A stretch of 64,000 nucleotides of DNA from a virus. Both the position numbers and the translations under genes were made by a program. Positions 53,679 to 63,204 of this stretch are shown piece by piece. The notes beneath the pieces are model-generated. The model ran no database searches and was not told where the DNA came from. It worked only from the letters and a program-made list of their open reading frames with translations. Location of the stretch: the IMG/VR virus record IMGVR_UViG_3300042541_002760. One strand, 5' to 3'. Positions within the stretch are counted from its first letter, which is position 1. Each line of letters opens with the position of its first letter.

Positions 53679-53707
53679 ATTGTACGAGAATACTACGATT
53701 TCGTCAA
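53679..53707 (-). promoter_or_regulatory. sigma70-like promoter for primase
   Basis: TTGACG-17 nt-TACAAT, 11 nt before the ATG. Confidence 0.7.
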
Positions 53708-53820
53708 TGCCCAAAGTTATATAATTATATAACTATCGGACTAAAAATATGAAGCAGTAAATTATTTTATCAATCTTGAATATTCGCGAGCAAAAAACGA
53801 ATCGGTCGCATAGATAGCGA

Positions 53821-54405
53821 TTACAGTTTTCGCTTAAGGTCTTTGGTCTTTTTTATGTTGCGGCGAATGTACATCATTCCACGCCGACCTGGAGGTTCTT
53901 GTCCTGGAGATGCTCCCGCAATATTTCCACCACCAACAGAGTTTACAGGGGCATCTTCTTTTTGTAGATGTTCAAGGGTGAATACAACATTTTCAAATTT
54001 GTATATTGGATGTCCGAGAAATTCGTCACATGGCAACAGTTCGTTTTCTAAATGAACTCTTTTACCATGAATGATATATGTACCTGCTTTGATTGCTTTG
54101 GCATCAACACCCTCTTTGAGAGTTGCATATGTAAGACCTCGAATGTCTAACTCATGAAGGATAAGGGATTCAACCAATCCTTGAGTTGCATCATCACAAT
54201 ACTTTCGCAATTTATATCCACAGAGAGCAGCATCATATGGCACATACGATTTCTGTGAGTATGTGAATGGTTCTATGCCCTCAATGATTTTTCGAAAGTT
54301 GGATACCAAAGTCTGAAATCTGTTTGGTTTCTTTGACTCTTCTGTGTTCAAAGTACAGGTCATCAGGTCTTTAAATTGATTTGTAATGAGAGTATCGATA
54401 TTCAT
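53821..54405 (-). CDS. Hypothetical, probable internal head protein
   Basis: EDAPVNSVGGGNIAG motif, several (I/L)xE sites, basic tail. Confidence 0.6.
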   Translation of the reverse strand: MNIDTLITNQFKDLMTCTLNTEESKKPNRFQTLVSNFRKIIEGIEPFTYSQKSYVPYDAALCGYKLRKYCDDATQGLVESLILHELDIRGLTYATLKEGVDAKAIKAGTYIIHGKRVHLENELLPCDEFLGHPIYKFENVVFTLEHLQKEDAPVNSVGGGNIAGASPGQEPPGRRGMMYIRRNIKKTKDLKRKL

Positions 54406-54797
54406 CAGATTTTCCGAAGACGAGTTATGATTTCAGTGTCCATTACAATCTTGACTATGTCAACTTCAAGTGAAAATTTTGGTTGAGTGTCCGAAAGATA
54501 CCCTAGAAATACTAGGAATGTTTTAAGTATGTAGTGAAGATCCATGTCGATCTTGAAGAATAGGAGTCGCGTCCCTGCTTCAATGCCGAAGACATTACAG
54601 AAGGTGATGAGATGATTGAGAATTAAGCGTTCTCGAAGGACAGTGTCCTTCTTGTATCTGCGAAAAAGTCTCTTTAGATATACGATACGCGCAAGGTCTT
54701 CTTCAAACTCTTTAATCCCCATGCAGTGCGGATTGTCATAATTTCGCATTGCATATCGGACATAATTCTCATTGGTCAGGCTGTCGCCTTTCATCAT
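54405..54797 (-). CDS. Conserved T4-like hypothetical protein
   Basis: YA...YDNPHC...EFEEDL.R..YLKRL, ERLILNH.I...NVFG, LKTFL.FL. Confidence 0.85.
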   Translation of the reverse strand: MMKGDSLTNENYVRYAMRNYDNPHCMGIKEFEEDLARIVYLKRLFRRYKKDTVLRERLILNHLITFCNVFGIEAGTRLLFFKIDMDLHYILKTFLVFLGYLSDTQPKFSLEVDIVKIVMDTEIITRLRKI

Positions 54798-54812
54798 AAA
54801 GAGCCATGGCGA

Positions 54813-55304
54813 TTAGCCGTTAGGAACAATCATTGCATGTACTTGGGTAAGACCACTTGGAAGTTTATGTGTTTCGACACGAAGAGCAAGACCATGACCA
54901 AGGAGATGAGTAATTCCATCATCCTTTGTATATCCATATACAGATCCATCAGCACGAAGAGTTCCACCAAAACGAACGAGTGGAATAATTTCTTCGGTCT
55001 GTGTTGACAATCTCATAGCACAGTCTTTGGTCATTGTGAAATCAAGACCGATCATTTGAAGTCTACCCTGTGCCTGTTTCAAGGCAGACACAGGGTCGAT
55101 GTATGGCTTTGCAGAAAGTGCACCCAAGTAGGTATTGATGCGAGTGATTGCAACAGGACTCAATGAAGACAGATTATAATTGCCATCGAGAGAATTGTCA
55201 CCATCCTGTGGGCCAACACGCCCAACACTTCCAGATGCATCATATGCACTTTGGTGGGGTGCATTTTCATTAATTGTTTTTCTCAGTTGCTTATAAGACT
55301 TCAT
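54813..55304 (-). CDS. Probable internal head protein with capsid-targeting-like N-terminus
   Basis: MKSYKQLRKTINE resembles the T4 IP CTS (MKTYQEFIAE). Confidence 0.6.
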   Translation of the reverse strand: MKSYKQLRKTINENAPHQSAYDASGSVGRVGPQDGDNSLDGNYNLSSLSPVAITRINTYLGALSAKPYIDPVSALKQAQGRLQMIGLDFTMTKDCAMRLSTQTEEIIPLVRFGGTLRADGSVYGYTKDDGITHLLGHGLALRVETHKLPSGLTQVHAMIVPNG

Positions 55305-55316
55305 GTTGAGTTCCTA

Positions 55317-56258
55317 TTAGTTACTCTTGTTATAGTTGAGATAGTAATAACTGCTCATCGCATTTACTGCACTCGTGGTAAGACCAGGATTTTGGTCGAA
55401 GTAAACTCTAAAGGAGGTGAATGCACTTGCACCAACTGCACCTCCGAGAGAATCCTGTGCCTTGAGATTGATGGTCTTAATGCCCGATGCAGTAGATCCT
55501 GCAACCACAAGAACTGCAATATTGTCATATCGATAAGGAACAAGATCATCATCGGTGCTTGTTGCTCCGAAGAATGTTGTTACAACGGCGGTTGGGACTT
55601 TGGTGGTATCGTTAATATCTGTTGCACCTGTATACAACTGACATCCTGCGTTTGTGCCCGACAACCCAATTGTAAGGGTATTTGTGAAGTTTGCATCATT
55701 GACAGCAACCTTGATATATGCAGTGACTCCTGTCAGACCACCAAGCGAAGATACACCATACTTGTTAACACCATATTGGAATCCAATTCCACCCGCACGA
55801 CCTGGAGTCAGTCCTGCACCACCAAATGCTCCACCTGCCATGGTAGCAATATAGTTGAAGAATGAATGGGAAACTCCTGCATCACCTAGATTGGCTCCAC
55901 CTGTTGCACTATCACCGTTGAATGGGCATGAAAAGTAAGGTGCATAGTTTGGAAGATCGCTTCCCGATGTCGCGCCTTGACCCCATGAAAACCCTGTTGG
56001 GCCTGTTCTTGGAGTAAAAATTGCCGATGTTTTATCATCAACAGGCATTGCTACCAAAAGTTCAGTAATTACAGTACCGTTGGTATATGCAGTGATTGTT
56101 GACGAGGAAGAAGATACTCCTGTCGCACCATATGCAAAAAACGAACCCATAAGAGGCATTTCCCATCCACGGACGGTACGGGTGCAAAGTCTCTTCTGAA
56201 TCTTATTCAGCCATGTTGGCTTTGATTCTTCTCTGTCGTTATTTTTCCAAGTTGCCAT
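55317..56258 (-). CDS. Virion structural protein (G-x-T rich)
   Basis: MATW..D..ESKP.WL...GW...ELLVAM head; CTAAATA at 56283-56289, AGGAG RBS. Confidence 0.65.
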   Translation of the reverse strand: MATWKNNDREESKPTWLNKIQKRLCTRTVRGWEMPLMGSFFAYGATGVSSSSSTITAYTNGTVITELLVAMPVDDKTSAIFTPRTGPTGFSWGQGATSGSDLPNYAPYFSCPFNGDSATGGANLGDAGVSHSFFNYIATMAGGAFGGAGLTPGRAGGIGFQYGVNKYGVSSLGGLTGVTAYIKVAVNDANFTNTLTIGLSGTNAGCQLYTGATDINDTTKVPTAVVTTFFGATSTDDDLVPYRYDNIAVLVVAGSTASGIKTINLKAQDSLGGAVGASAFTSFRVYFDQNPGLTTSAVNAMSSYYYLNYNKSN

Positions 56259-56285
56259 TTCGGTATATCTCCTCTGTGTTTCTAT

Positions 56286-56585
56286 TTAGTTCTTTGCGGG
56301 ATCGATAGTTTTTTTGCCATTTGTGTCAATATGAGTCTGTACAGCCTTGGCAAAATTGTTGGCTTCCTCAGTCGTTCCACGGCAGTTGCACTCGCGAATT
56401 GCTTCATTGAAGTGCTTAACAAGAACATTTCGTTGTTCTTCAAGAACCGTTTGTTCGACAACTTTAATTGCTGCCTCTTTTGCCTTGTCATTGAGACAAG
56501 GATTGATTTCAACATCGTTACGATGCTCTTCTAAGAATTTTGTAATATCGGCAACGATTTTGGAATTGAATGGATTGTTAAACAT
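56286..56585 (-). CDS. Hypothetical late protein (99 aa)
   Basis: TATAAATA at 56608-56615, AGGAG RBS. Confidence 0.7.
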   Translation of the reverse strand: MFNNPFNSKIVADITKFLEEHRNDVEINPCLNDKAKEAAIKVVEQTVLEEQRNVLVKHFNEAIRECNCRGTTEEANNFAKAVQTHIDTNGKKTIDPAKN

Positions 56586-56658
56586 GGTCTCTCCTGTGGA
56601 TACTTGTTATTTATAGATCACGATCATCCGCTTCATATGCTTTCTTTGATATGTTGCA

Positions 56659-59600
56659 TTATGATCCCTTTTCGGGGTTGTGTCCCCATACCTTAAGTGC
56701 TAACAATTTACGAGTAGGTTTTTTGTCTTCGTCTCTCAAAGGCCCTTTTGCGCCTTTCATTCGATTGATGAAATTGACTTGCTTCCCTGCCCATTTCCAA
56801 TCATTATCAGACCATTTTTCCATGGGGGTATCTAGCATTCGAATGATTGCACGGGCAGAATCTCGACCTGTACTAATTTTACCACCGTCTGCACCTGCCT
56901 TACCTGCCTCCTTGCGGGACAGTCCTGCCTCAGTTCCGTCATCAGAATCAAGGAATGTATCAATCTCCTTGCCCGACATATTTACAAGTTTTTGCCATTC
57001 CTTATAGAGATCCGACATCTCCTCTTCAGAAGTATCTTCCTTTACGGACACACAATTAGGAACTTTTTTCCCATTCTTCATCTTCATTCCCAATTGTTTA
57101 AACCCTACCCAACAAGGCTTATCTTCTTCAATTTCTTTCCGCTCGCCAGGGGTGTCATGCTTGTAGGTTTTTACAATCTTATCGGTGCCGATGAGTAACG
57201 GGCCTCTCTTACTCATAGAAGTCCATTTCAACACATTGTTGATTTTCTTAGCCTCATCAAGCCATGTCTCAGACGGCTCTACATCTTCTCCATGCATCTT
57301 CCATGCAGTCGCATAGAACACTTCCTTCCACCGCTTACCATATTGTTTTCGGAATGATGCTTTGGTTTTTTCATCCTTTGAGAAACTTCGTGCAGCACCT
57401 TTGGGTGGGCTAACTTCAAGTAAAAAGAATTCGAAGTCTTCGTTGATATCAGTCTTAGGCTGATTCGAACCCAACTCAGAATTGCGAATCTCTTTGAGGA
57501 ATTCAATATAGGTTCGTGCTAGATATGCCCCATCCTGCATATTGCGGGTCAGGCAGCGTTCTTCATATGCAATAGAAAGGCGAATCTTATTGTTGTTTGT
57601 TGTATCGCTCTGATCGATCTTCGCAAGGCGTTCGAATGCATCGTCCTGTTCGTATCGATTGTTTAACTCTTTTAACTGTCCGTTTTTTGTGAGTTTTTCA
57701 TAAAGTGTATTGCTATTAAGATTGACATGTTCTTCTTTTTTCGTTTGATTCTGTGGGTATATTGCCTCCGCAGGATCAACCAACATTCCTGTCTTGCTCA
57801 GGAATTGCAGACCGAGAAGGACTTTGGTGGACATATGGTTGCGATCACCAATTGAGAATTTGATGTTTGGGTATTTCTTTCCATGGAATTCAATGTCCAT
57901 GAAGATAACAAGTCGCTTCTTCTCCCCAATACCACTCTTGACAATAATTCGACTGACGATTTTCTTGGTAATCTTTTTACCATTCGACAGTTTGAAGGTA
58001 ACCGTGTGGTTTCCATTGTCTTTGATGTCTTCGCCATGAATCATATTGTAGCCACTGTTGCCTGTATCGACCTTGGCTTCATATTCGACTCCATCAATCT
58101 TAACTGTTTCACGAACAGTGAGGTTGGAGAACAGTTTCCAATTGGATTTGTTGAGAATATATTCAACAAAATCTTCGACCAACTCTTTGCCCTCGACATT
58201 GTTCTTGCCCTTGCCGTCTTCATAATAGCGGTAGTAGATATTACCACTGCCTGGGCTTGCATTCATTTCAATGATGTATGGCTTACCATCATTGATTACA
58301 TGATCAACTCCGACATAGTAGCACTTGCTAACCCGAGCGGCTTCCTCCACCAACTTGATTTCTTCATCAGAGAGTTGGAATGCACCACCCTTTGAACCTC
58401 GGGCAATGTTTGTGCGGAAATCCTTAGGAGCCTTATCCCGCTTTGCACAGGCAAAAATTTTACCATTCAGGCAGATGCTGCGAACATCATTCTTGAAATC
58501 AGGCAGGAATTCCTGCATAATGATTTCGGCATTGTATTTCCATAGAGTTTGTAGAACAGACTTCAGGCTTTCCATGCTTTCAATCTTGGACACGCCGATG
58601 CCTTCAGCCCCCGTAAGAGTCTTTACGATGACGGGGAACTTACCACCAATTTCCTTAACGGCAGTTTCAATATTGCTTTCGTCTGCAACAAATGTTGTGC
58701 GTGGGTGTGGGAGATTGTGTTTCTTGAGAGCAATTGCAGTTTCTAGTTTGTTTGCACAGAGTTCCATTCCTCCACGCTCATTGATCATGAACACTCCATT
58801 GTTCTGCAAGATGGTCATGATAGCAACACCGATATCACTATTCATCACACCACCACGAACAACTGCTACTGTGTCGCTTGGGATAACAGTGATATCTTTA
58901 CCTTCACCGTCATAATTCTTGATAGTGATTTTCTTCGAAGTAACATTTGAAATTTCTACTTGTGCTTTAGAAGTCTTCACTGCATAGAATTCAATTTTGC
59001 GCTTCTTGCAGATTTCCTGCATCTTTTCGATTGTATCGGATAGATCTTTTTCCGAAGAAGTTAGTGCAAGGATTGTTACCTTGTCACTTGGGTTTACAGC
59101 CTCTGAGATATATGACTCCCCAAGACTCAATCCCTTACGAACATCGCTGTACATCTTCTTCTTGGTGGCATTATCCTTACCTGGAACGCCCGTGGCAAAC
59201 TTTTTAAAGTCTCCATCGAAAGCAGCAGATCTCATCTTGGAAGCAGACATTCCCTCAACACCTTGAGAGTCATCATCCCGTGCCTCACCCGCCTGAACTA
59301 CTTCGAATTTTTCAAATGAATATACACGCTTCTTAGGATCACGATCTGCAACCTTGCCCTTATACTTGGCAATGTTTTTAAAGTTTTCGACTTGGTCACT
59401 TCCCGCAACCATGATGATGTTCTTATATCCCAATGAGCACACATATAGAACGGCAGTATACGGATCCTTTGCCATTCCTACAGGAAAGTTGCCCTTAGGA
59501 AAAAACTTCTTAAGGTATGCAACCTTTTGCTTATGTGATAGGGGGTTCTTCTTTGAGTCTTGTGTTTCAGATGCAAATATGAAATGATCTGCATTGTGCT

Positions 59601-59730
59601 TCTGCGCTTCGGAAACAATCTTGTCTACCAAGACACCGTGACCGATGGTCGGGGGGTTCATTCTGCCGAAAGCAATAACTGCTGTGTCTTTTTTTGCTTC
59701 GTCAATTCGATGTAAGAAACGCTCTATCAC
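56659..59730 (-). CDS. Polyprotein: cytidylyltransferase-like + RimK-like ATP-grasp + RimB-like retropepsin protease + short motifs + DUF3140-like domain
   Basis: FGRMNPPTIGH/MSASKMR; CANK, FPVIVK..G.EG.GV, QEF, DVR, FRTN, GVD, IEMNASPG; AKVDTG (D555), R.HM...VLLG; LVNMS.KE...LKVWGHNP. Confidence 0.85.
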   Translation of the reverse strand: MIERFLHRIDEAKKDTAVIAFGRMNPPTIGHGVLVDKIVSEAQKHNADHFIFASETQDSKKNPLSHKQKVAYLKKFFPKGNFPVGMAKDPYTAVLYVCSLGYKNIIMVAGSDQVENFKNIAKYKGKVADRDPKKRVYSFEKFEVVQAGEARDDDSQGVEGMSASKMRSAAFDGDFKKFATGVPGKDNATKKKMYSDVRKGLSLGESYISEAVNPSDKVTILALTSSEKDLSDTIEKMQEICKKRKIEFYAVKTSKAQVEISNVTSKKITIKNYDGEGKDITVIPSDTVAVVRGGVMNSDIGVAIMTILQNNGVFMINERGGMELCANKLETAIALKKHNLPHPRTTFVADESNIETAVKEIGGKFPVIVKTLTGAEGIGVSKIESMESLKSVLQTLWKYNAEIIMQEFLPDFKNDVRSICLNGKIFACAKRDKAPKDFRTNIARGSKGGAFQLSDEEIKLVEEAARVSKCYYVGVDHVINDGKPYIIEMNASPGSGNIYYRYYEDGKGKNNVEGKELVEDFVEYILNKSNWKLFSNLTVRETVKIDGVEYEAKVDTGNSGYNMIHGEDIKDNGNHTVTFKLSNGKKITKKIVSRIIVKSGIGEKKRLVIFMDIEFHGKKYPNIKFSIGDRNHMSTKVLLGLQFLSKTGMLVDPAEAIYPQNQTKKEEHVNLNSNTLYEKLTKNGQLKELNNRYEQDDAFERLAKIDQSDTTNNNKIRLSIAYEERCLTRNMQDGAYLARTYIEFLKEIRNSELGSNQPKTDINEDFEFFLLEVSPPKGAARSFSKDEKTKASFRKQYGKRWKEVFYATAWKMHGEDVEPSETWLDEAKKINNVLKWTSMSKRGPLLIGTDKIVKTYKHDTPGERKEIEEDKPCWVGFKQLGMKMKNGKKVPNCVSVKEDTSEEEMSDLYKEWQKLVNMSGKEIDTFLDSDDGTEAGLSRKEAGKAGADGGKISTGRDSARAIIRMLDTPMEKWSDNDWKWAGKQVNFINRMKGAKGPLRDEDKKPTRKLLALKVWGHNPEKGS

Positions 59731-60926
59731 GAGTTTACCTTCCTGTTTTGTCTACTAAATCGTAGTCGATTTACCAATTTAGTGACTCTTCCTGAACGAG
59801 AAACCACAATACCCTCAGGATCTGTTGGAGAAATCCCGTTGTCATCCACGAAGAAATGCCCGAAACTAGACAGCATATAGAACTTACCGAGCAAAATTTC
59901 TTTTGCTTTGGCGATAAGATTATGTAGTTCAAACATAGAATTGAACTGTGATTCGTATGCATCAACAAAGGCAAGCAACTTGTTCAGTATATCTCTTTTG
60001 CCCTGCTTGCCTTTTTCTGTCTTTAGTTTTTCAATGTCCTTGTTTAACTTGGTTTCCAAATTCAACTTAAGACCACGGGCAGAAAATTGTGAAAGACCGC
60101 CATTAATGGTGGCATTTATATATGGAAGGATGTATTCAACTAACTGTGCATTGGAAAGAAGAACCTTCAGGAACGGCGATACCTTTTTTGATTTTCCTTC
60201 ACAGTCTTTGATCATGCCCATAAGTTTGCCATATTCATCAGGCTTGAGAAGTGCAGCCGTGATGTCATATATGTTGGGGTCAGTGAACCACACATTTGCA
60301 TTCTTTTTCAGGGTACTAGCATCAAAGTTGAAGGAGACAGCAGATAACTCCTGCATCGTTTTTCCACTATAGACGGTATGAAAAGCAATTCCAAGTTTTG
60401 CAGAGGAAACCGATTTCCCAATGGCACTGTCCTTTTCAATTGCATACATGATCGTATTGGGAGCAAAAGTAATATATTCTTTTCCATCAATCGTCTGTGA
60501 TTTTTTGGAATCCATCGTAAACATCAAGTCGCCCTGCAATACTCCCTTGATGCCAAGTCCTGGCAGATACTTTAAGCACTCGATCAATTTTGCGGCAAGA
60601 TCGGAAATCGACACACCTTTCCGTATTTCTGCTTCGGTGTGATATGCAGAGACAGTTTTGCTAAATGCTCCCTTGGTAGCAACAAAAAACTTATTGTTTT
60701 CGGGATTAATCCCACACACAATAGCAGGTTTCCCATCCCATTTGGTGGAGAGTCCTAAAGAAGTCGAGCCTGTTTTCAGGCTTTCTGTAATATCTTTGAG
60801 GAATGCAATAGCCAACTTTAAGCCTTTTTCACCCTCAAGAAGCATCAGATCTTCTATATGGTCTAGATGCTTATTTCGAACTACTTCTTCGGAAAGAACT
60901 CTGTTTGCTTGTTTGAATGACAGCAT
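59727..60926 (-). CDS. ATP-dependent ligase-fold nucleotidyltransferase (DUF6267-like) with CTS-like N-terminus
   Basis: HLDHIED, TKWDG (motif I), QGDLMF, EGIVV (motif IV), KLV (motif V); MLSFKQANRVLSE; CTAAATA at 60945-60951. Confidence 0.75.
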   Translation of the reverse strand: MLSFKQANRVLSEEVVRNKHLDHIEDLMLLEGEKGLKLAIAFLKDITESLKTGSTSLGLSTKWDGKPAIVCGINPENNKFFVATKGAFSKTVSAYHTEAEIRKGVSISDLAAKLIECLKYLPGLGIKGVLQGDLMFTMDSKKSQTIDGKEYITFAPNTIMYAIEKDSAIGKSVSSAKLGIAFHTVYSGKTMQELSAVSFNFDASTLKKNANVWFTDPNIYDITAALLKPDEYGKLMGMIKDCEGKSKKVSPFLKVLLSNAQLVEYILPYINATINGGLSQFSARGLKLNLETKLNKDIEKLKTEKGKQGKRDILNKLLAFVDAYESQFNSMFELHNLIAKAKEILLGKFYMLSSFGHFFVDDNGISPTDPEGIVVSRSGRVTKLVNRLRFSRQNRKVNS

Positions 60927-60963
60927 ATTTGCTCCGTGCGAAGTTATTTAGGCATATTTGTAA

Positions 60964-61038
60964 TGGGCGGGATGGGAGTCGAACCCACATGAGCGCACTT
61001 ATAAGGTGCGACCTTTTACCACTATCAGGCACCCGCCC
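60964..61038 (-). tRNA. tRNA-Ile (anticodon UAU), CCA not encoded
   Basis: Cloverleaf: GGGCGGG/CCCGCCC-A acceptor, CGCAC-CTTATAA-GTGCG anticodon arm, GTGGG-TTCGACT-CCCAT T arm. Confidence 0.92.
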
Positions 61039-61043
61039 GTGAA

Positions 61044-62480
61044 TTAAGACCAATCACCCATAGAGGGCTTCTTTCCCTTCTTGTAGCCATACCCCCCGCC
61101 ACCCTTGTTTGGAGAGTCAAAGCCATTGTCTGTGTTCTCATCCTCTGCATCAGCAGAATGATTCCCCTGAATCAACTGTTGCTGTGATTCATCAACATCA
61201 AACAACTTCATCTTCGAACGATCTATCCCAATCACAAACTTACGATTGGCAGCAACATCATTGTAACGGTTCTTCAATTGCTTGACCATGACCTGACCGA
61301 CTGCATCCAATTGTTCGGTTGCAATCAGAGCAAACATAAAGTCCGCAGTGGCAGGTAGCCCGAATGATTCCGAGGTATCGGTCAATTCGACATCCGTATT
61401 GCCAAAGCCTGAACGGTTCGTCTGTGTTGCAGTAAAGATTGGCACCTTCATCTCAACTGCAAGACCACGAAGTTCCTCTGCAATTGCCTTGATATAGGTA
61501 TACGAATTGACATTTGCTCCTGGCTTAAACCGAGTCGAAGCACAGATATTGAGATAGTCAATGAAGATGATGTCGGGCTTAAAGTTCTTCTTCAGGCGCA
61601 GTTCATCAAGCAGATGCCGAAAATGGTTGGCATTCGCTGCGGCAGTGGGATATTCCTTGATCAGGAGTTTCCCCGTGATTCCCATAGTCACCTTGGACAG
61701 ACGCTTGGCATAGATATCGATGGGCAACTTCTTTAGTTCATCCATTGAAATATCCATAAGATTGGCATCGATTCGCTCTGCGATTCTTTCCTCTGCCATC
61801 TCGCAGGTGATGTATAGGACATTCTTGCTCTGTGTTAGGCAGTTGGCAGCATGATGACACATGAACAGGCTCTTGCCCACTCCTGTGCCCGCGAGGATCA
61901 CATTGAGAGTCTTGTCGGGAACACCTCCTGCCGTGATTCGATTGAAGAAGTCGAGATCGAAAGGAGTCTTCTGTTCTACTCGATGATAGAACTCATAACG
62001 CTGCTCGGCATCATCAATGAAATCGTGTCCGATATGTTCATCAAAAGAAACGCTCAGTGCCGATGTTAGGATTTCGGGAATGGCATTCTTTGATCTTCCA
62101 TTGGCTTTCTTCTCATCAAGAAGTTCAATAGACTCCATGAGTGCATTGTAGACTGCCTTGTCCTTACAGAACTTCTCGGTCTGATCGATGAGCCATGCCT
62201 CATCAGGTTCATCGATAGTCTTTTCGAGAGAATCCACGAGTTTAACACACTCGTCAAATTCTCCCTGTGACAGCCCATCCTGCTGATTGAGGATGATATT
62301 CAGTGCTTCGCGGGTAGGGGCAATGTTATACTTGCCGATAAACTCAGAGACTGTCTTGAACAATCTCTTCTCACAGGTGTCATGAAAGTACTCTTCTCGC
62401 AGGAAGGGTTGCACTCTACGGGTGAAATCTGCACGGTGCAACAGGCTTCGCAGGATAATGAGTTCGATCTTATCTGTCAT
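61044..62480 (-). CDS. gp41: Replicative DNA helicase gp41
   Basis: AGTGVGKS, EMAEERIAERIDAN, IKEYPT, IDYLNIC, SESFGLPATAD, QLKNRY. Confidence 0.97.
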   Translation of the reverse strand: MTDKIELIILRSLLHRADFTRRVQPFLREEYFHDTCEKRLFKTVSEFIGKYNIAPTREALNIILNQQDGLSQGEFDECVKLVDSLEKTIDEPDEAWLIDQTEKFCKDKAVYNALMESIELLDEKKANGRSKNAIPEILTSALSVSFDEHIGHDFIDDAEQRYEFYHRVEQKTPFDLDFFNRITAGGVPDKTLNVILAGTGVGKSLFMCHHAANCLTQSKNVLYITCEMAEERIAERIDANLMDISMDELKKLPIDIYAKRLSKVTMGITGKLLIKEYPTAAANANHFRHLLDELRLKKNFKPDIIFIDYLNICASTRFKPGANVNSYTYIKAIAEELRGLAVEMKVPIFTATQTNRSGFGNTDVELTDTSESFGLPATADFMFALIATEQLDAVGQVMVKQLKNRYNDVAANRKFVIGIDRSKMKLFDVDESQQQLIQGNHSADAEDENTDNGFDSPNKGGGGYGYKKGKKPSMGDWS

Positions 62481-62490
62481 AGGTTCTCAT

Positions 62491-62519
62491 AGTATAGCAC
62501 AAATGCCGAGGTTTTGCAA
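62491..62519 (-). promoter_or_regulatory. sigma70-like promoter for gp41
   Basis: TTGCAA-17 nt-TATACT with TGn, 10 nt before the ATG. Confidence 0.7.
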
Positions 62520-62546
62520 GGCATTATAGAGATGAAAACAAATAAA

Positions 62547-63140
62547 TCATTTGCTTTGTTTCTTGTGAACAACCAACAGGTCATCATATCGATTCTTGAC
62601 CTTGCGAAGATCAACTATCTCTGACGAGGGAATCAACTTATTCAGATATTGTGCCTCAGATTCTGTTTGGACATCTTCAATGACATACAGCCCATCTTTG
62701 TTCAGAAAGTCCTCTAAGATCAAGAAACTTGCTATCTGATGGGCAAATTGATGAGACCCATCATCAATAATGATATCGTACTTTCCCAAAAGATGATCAG
62801 TTACCCTTGGTAAGGTAGCATCCAATTGTAGTATTCGAATTTGATTATCAGCCGAAGCCGCCTGTTTGACTTTCACCTGCAAGGTACTTAGGTCAATGTC
62901 GATGCCCGTAATCTCCGCATTTGGAAAGTACTCTCGCCACATAAGAAGGGAGATACCGCCCTGCACCCCAATCTCCAATAAACGAATTGGTTTATCTCTG
63001 ATAGAAGAAAACAGGGATTCGTAGTAGTCTATGTACGAGTGAAGGGTTCCCTTGTCTGAGTTCTGAAGATCGTGATGGTTTGGATGGCAAATACTTTGAT
63101 AGTAAAGAGTTCTATAGATCTGATCGAGTGTGCTTTGCAT
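62547..63140 (-). CDS. Class I SAM methyltransferase, sugar O-methyltransferase-like
   Basis: SDKG..HSY...Y, LLEIGV..G.SL..W..YFP, GIDI, DIIIDDGSH, G.YVIED; AAGGA RBS before the ATG at 63140. Confidence 0.85.
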   Translation of the reverse strand: MQSTLDQIYRTLYYQSICHPNHHDLQNSDKGTLHSYIDYYESLFSSIRDKPIRLLEIGVQGGISLLMWREYFPNAEITGIDIDLSTLQVKVKQAASADNQIRILQLDATLPRVTDHLLGKYDIIIDDGSHQFAHQIASFLILEDFLNKDGLYVIEDVQTESEAQYLNKLIPSSEIVDLRKVKNRYDDLLVVHKKQSK

Positions 63141-63204
63141 TTTTGTTCCTTGATTAATAGGTGTCATGTGATTCATTTGTTATGGTCTTTCTATAAAATT
63201 TTTG

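Noticed and set aside
60871-61053. 60-aa minus-strand ORF after gp41
   Set aside because: Coincides with the tRNA-Ile gene.
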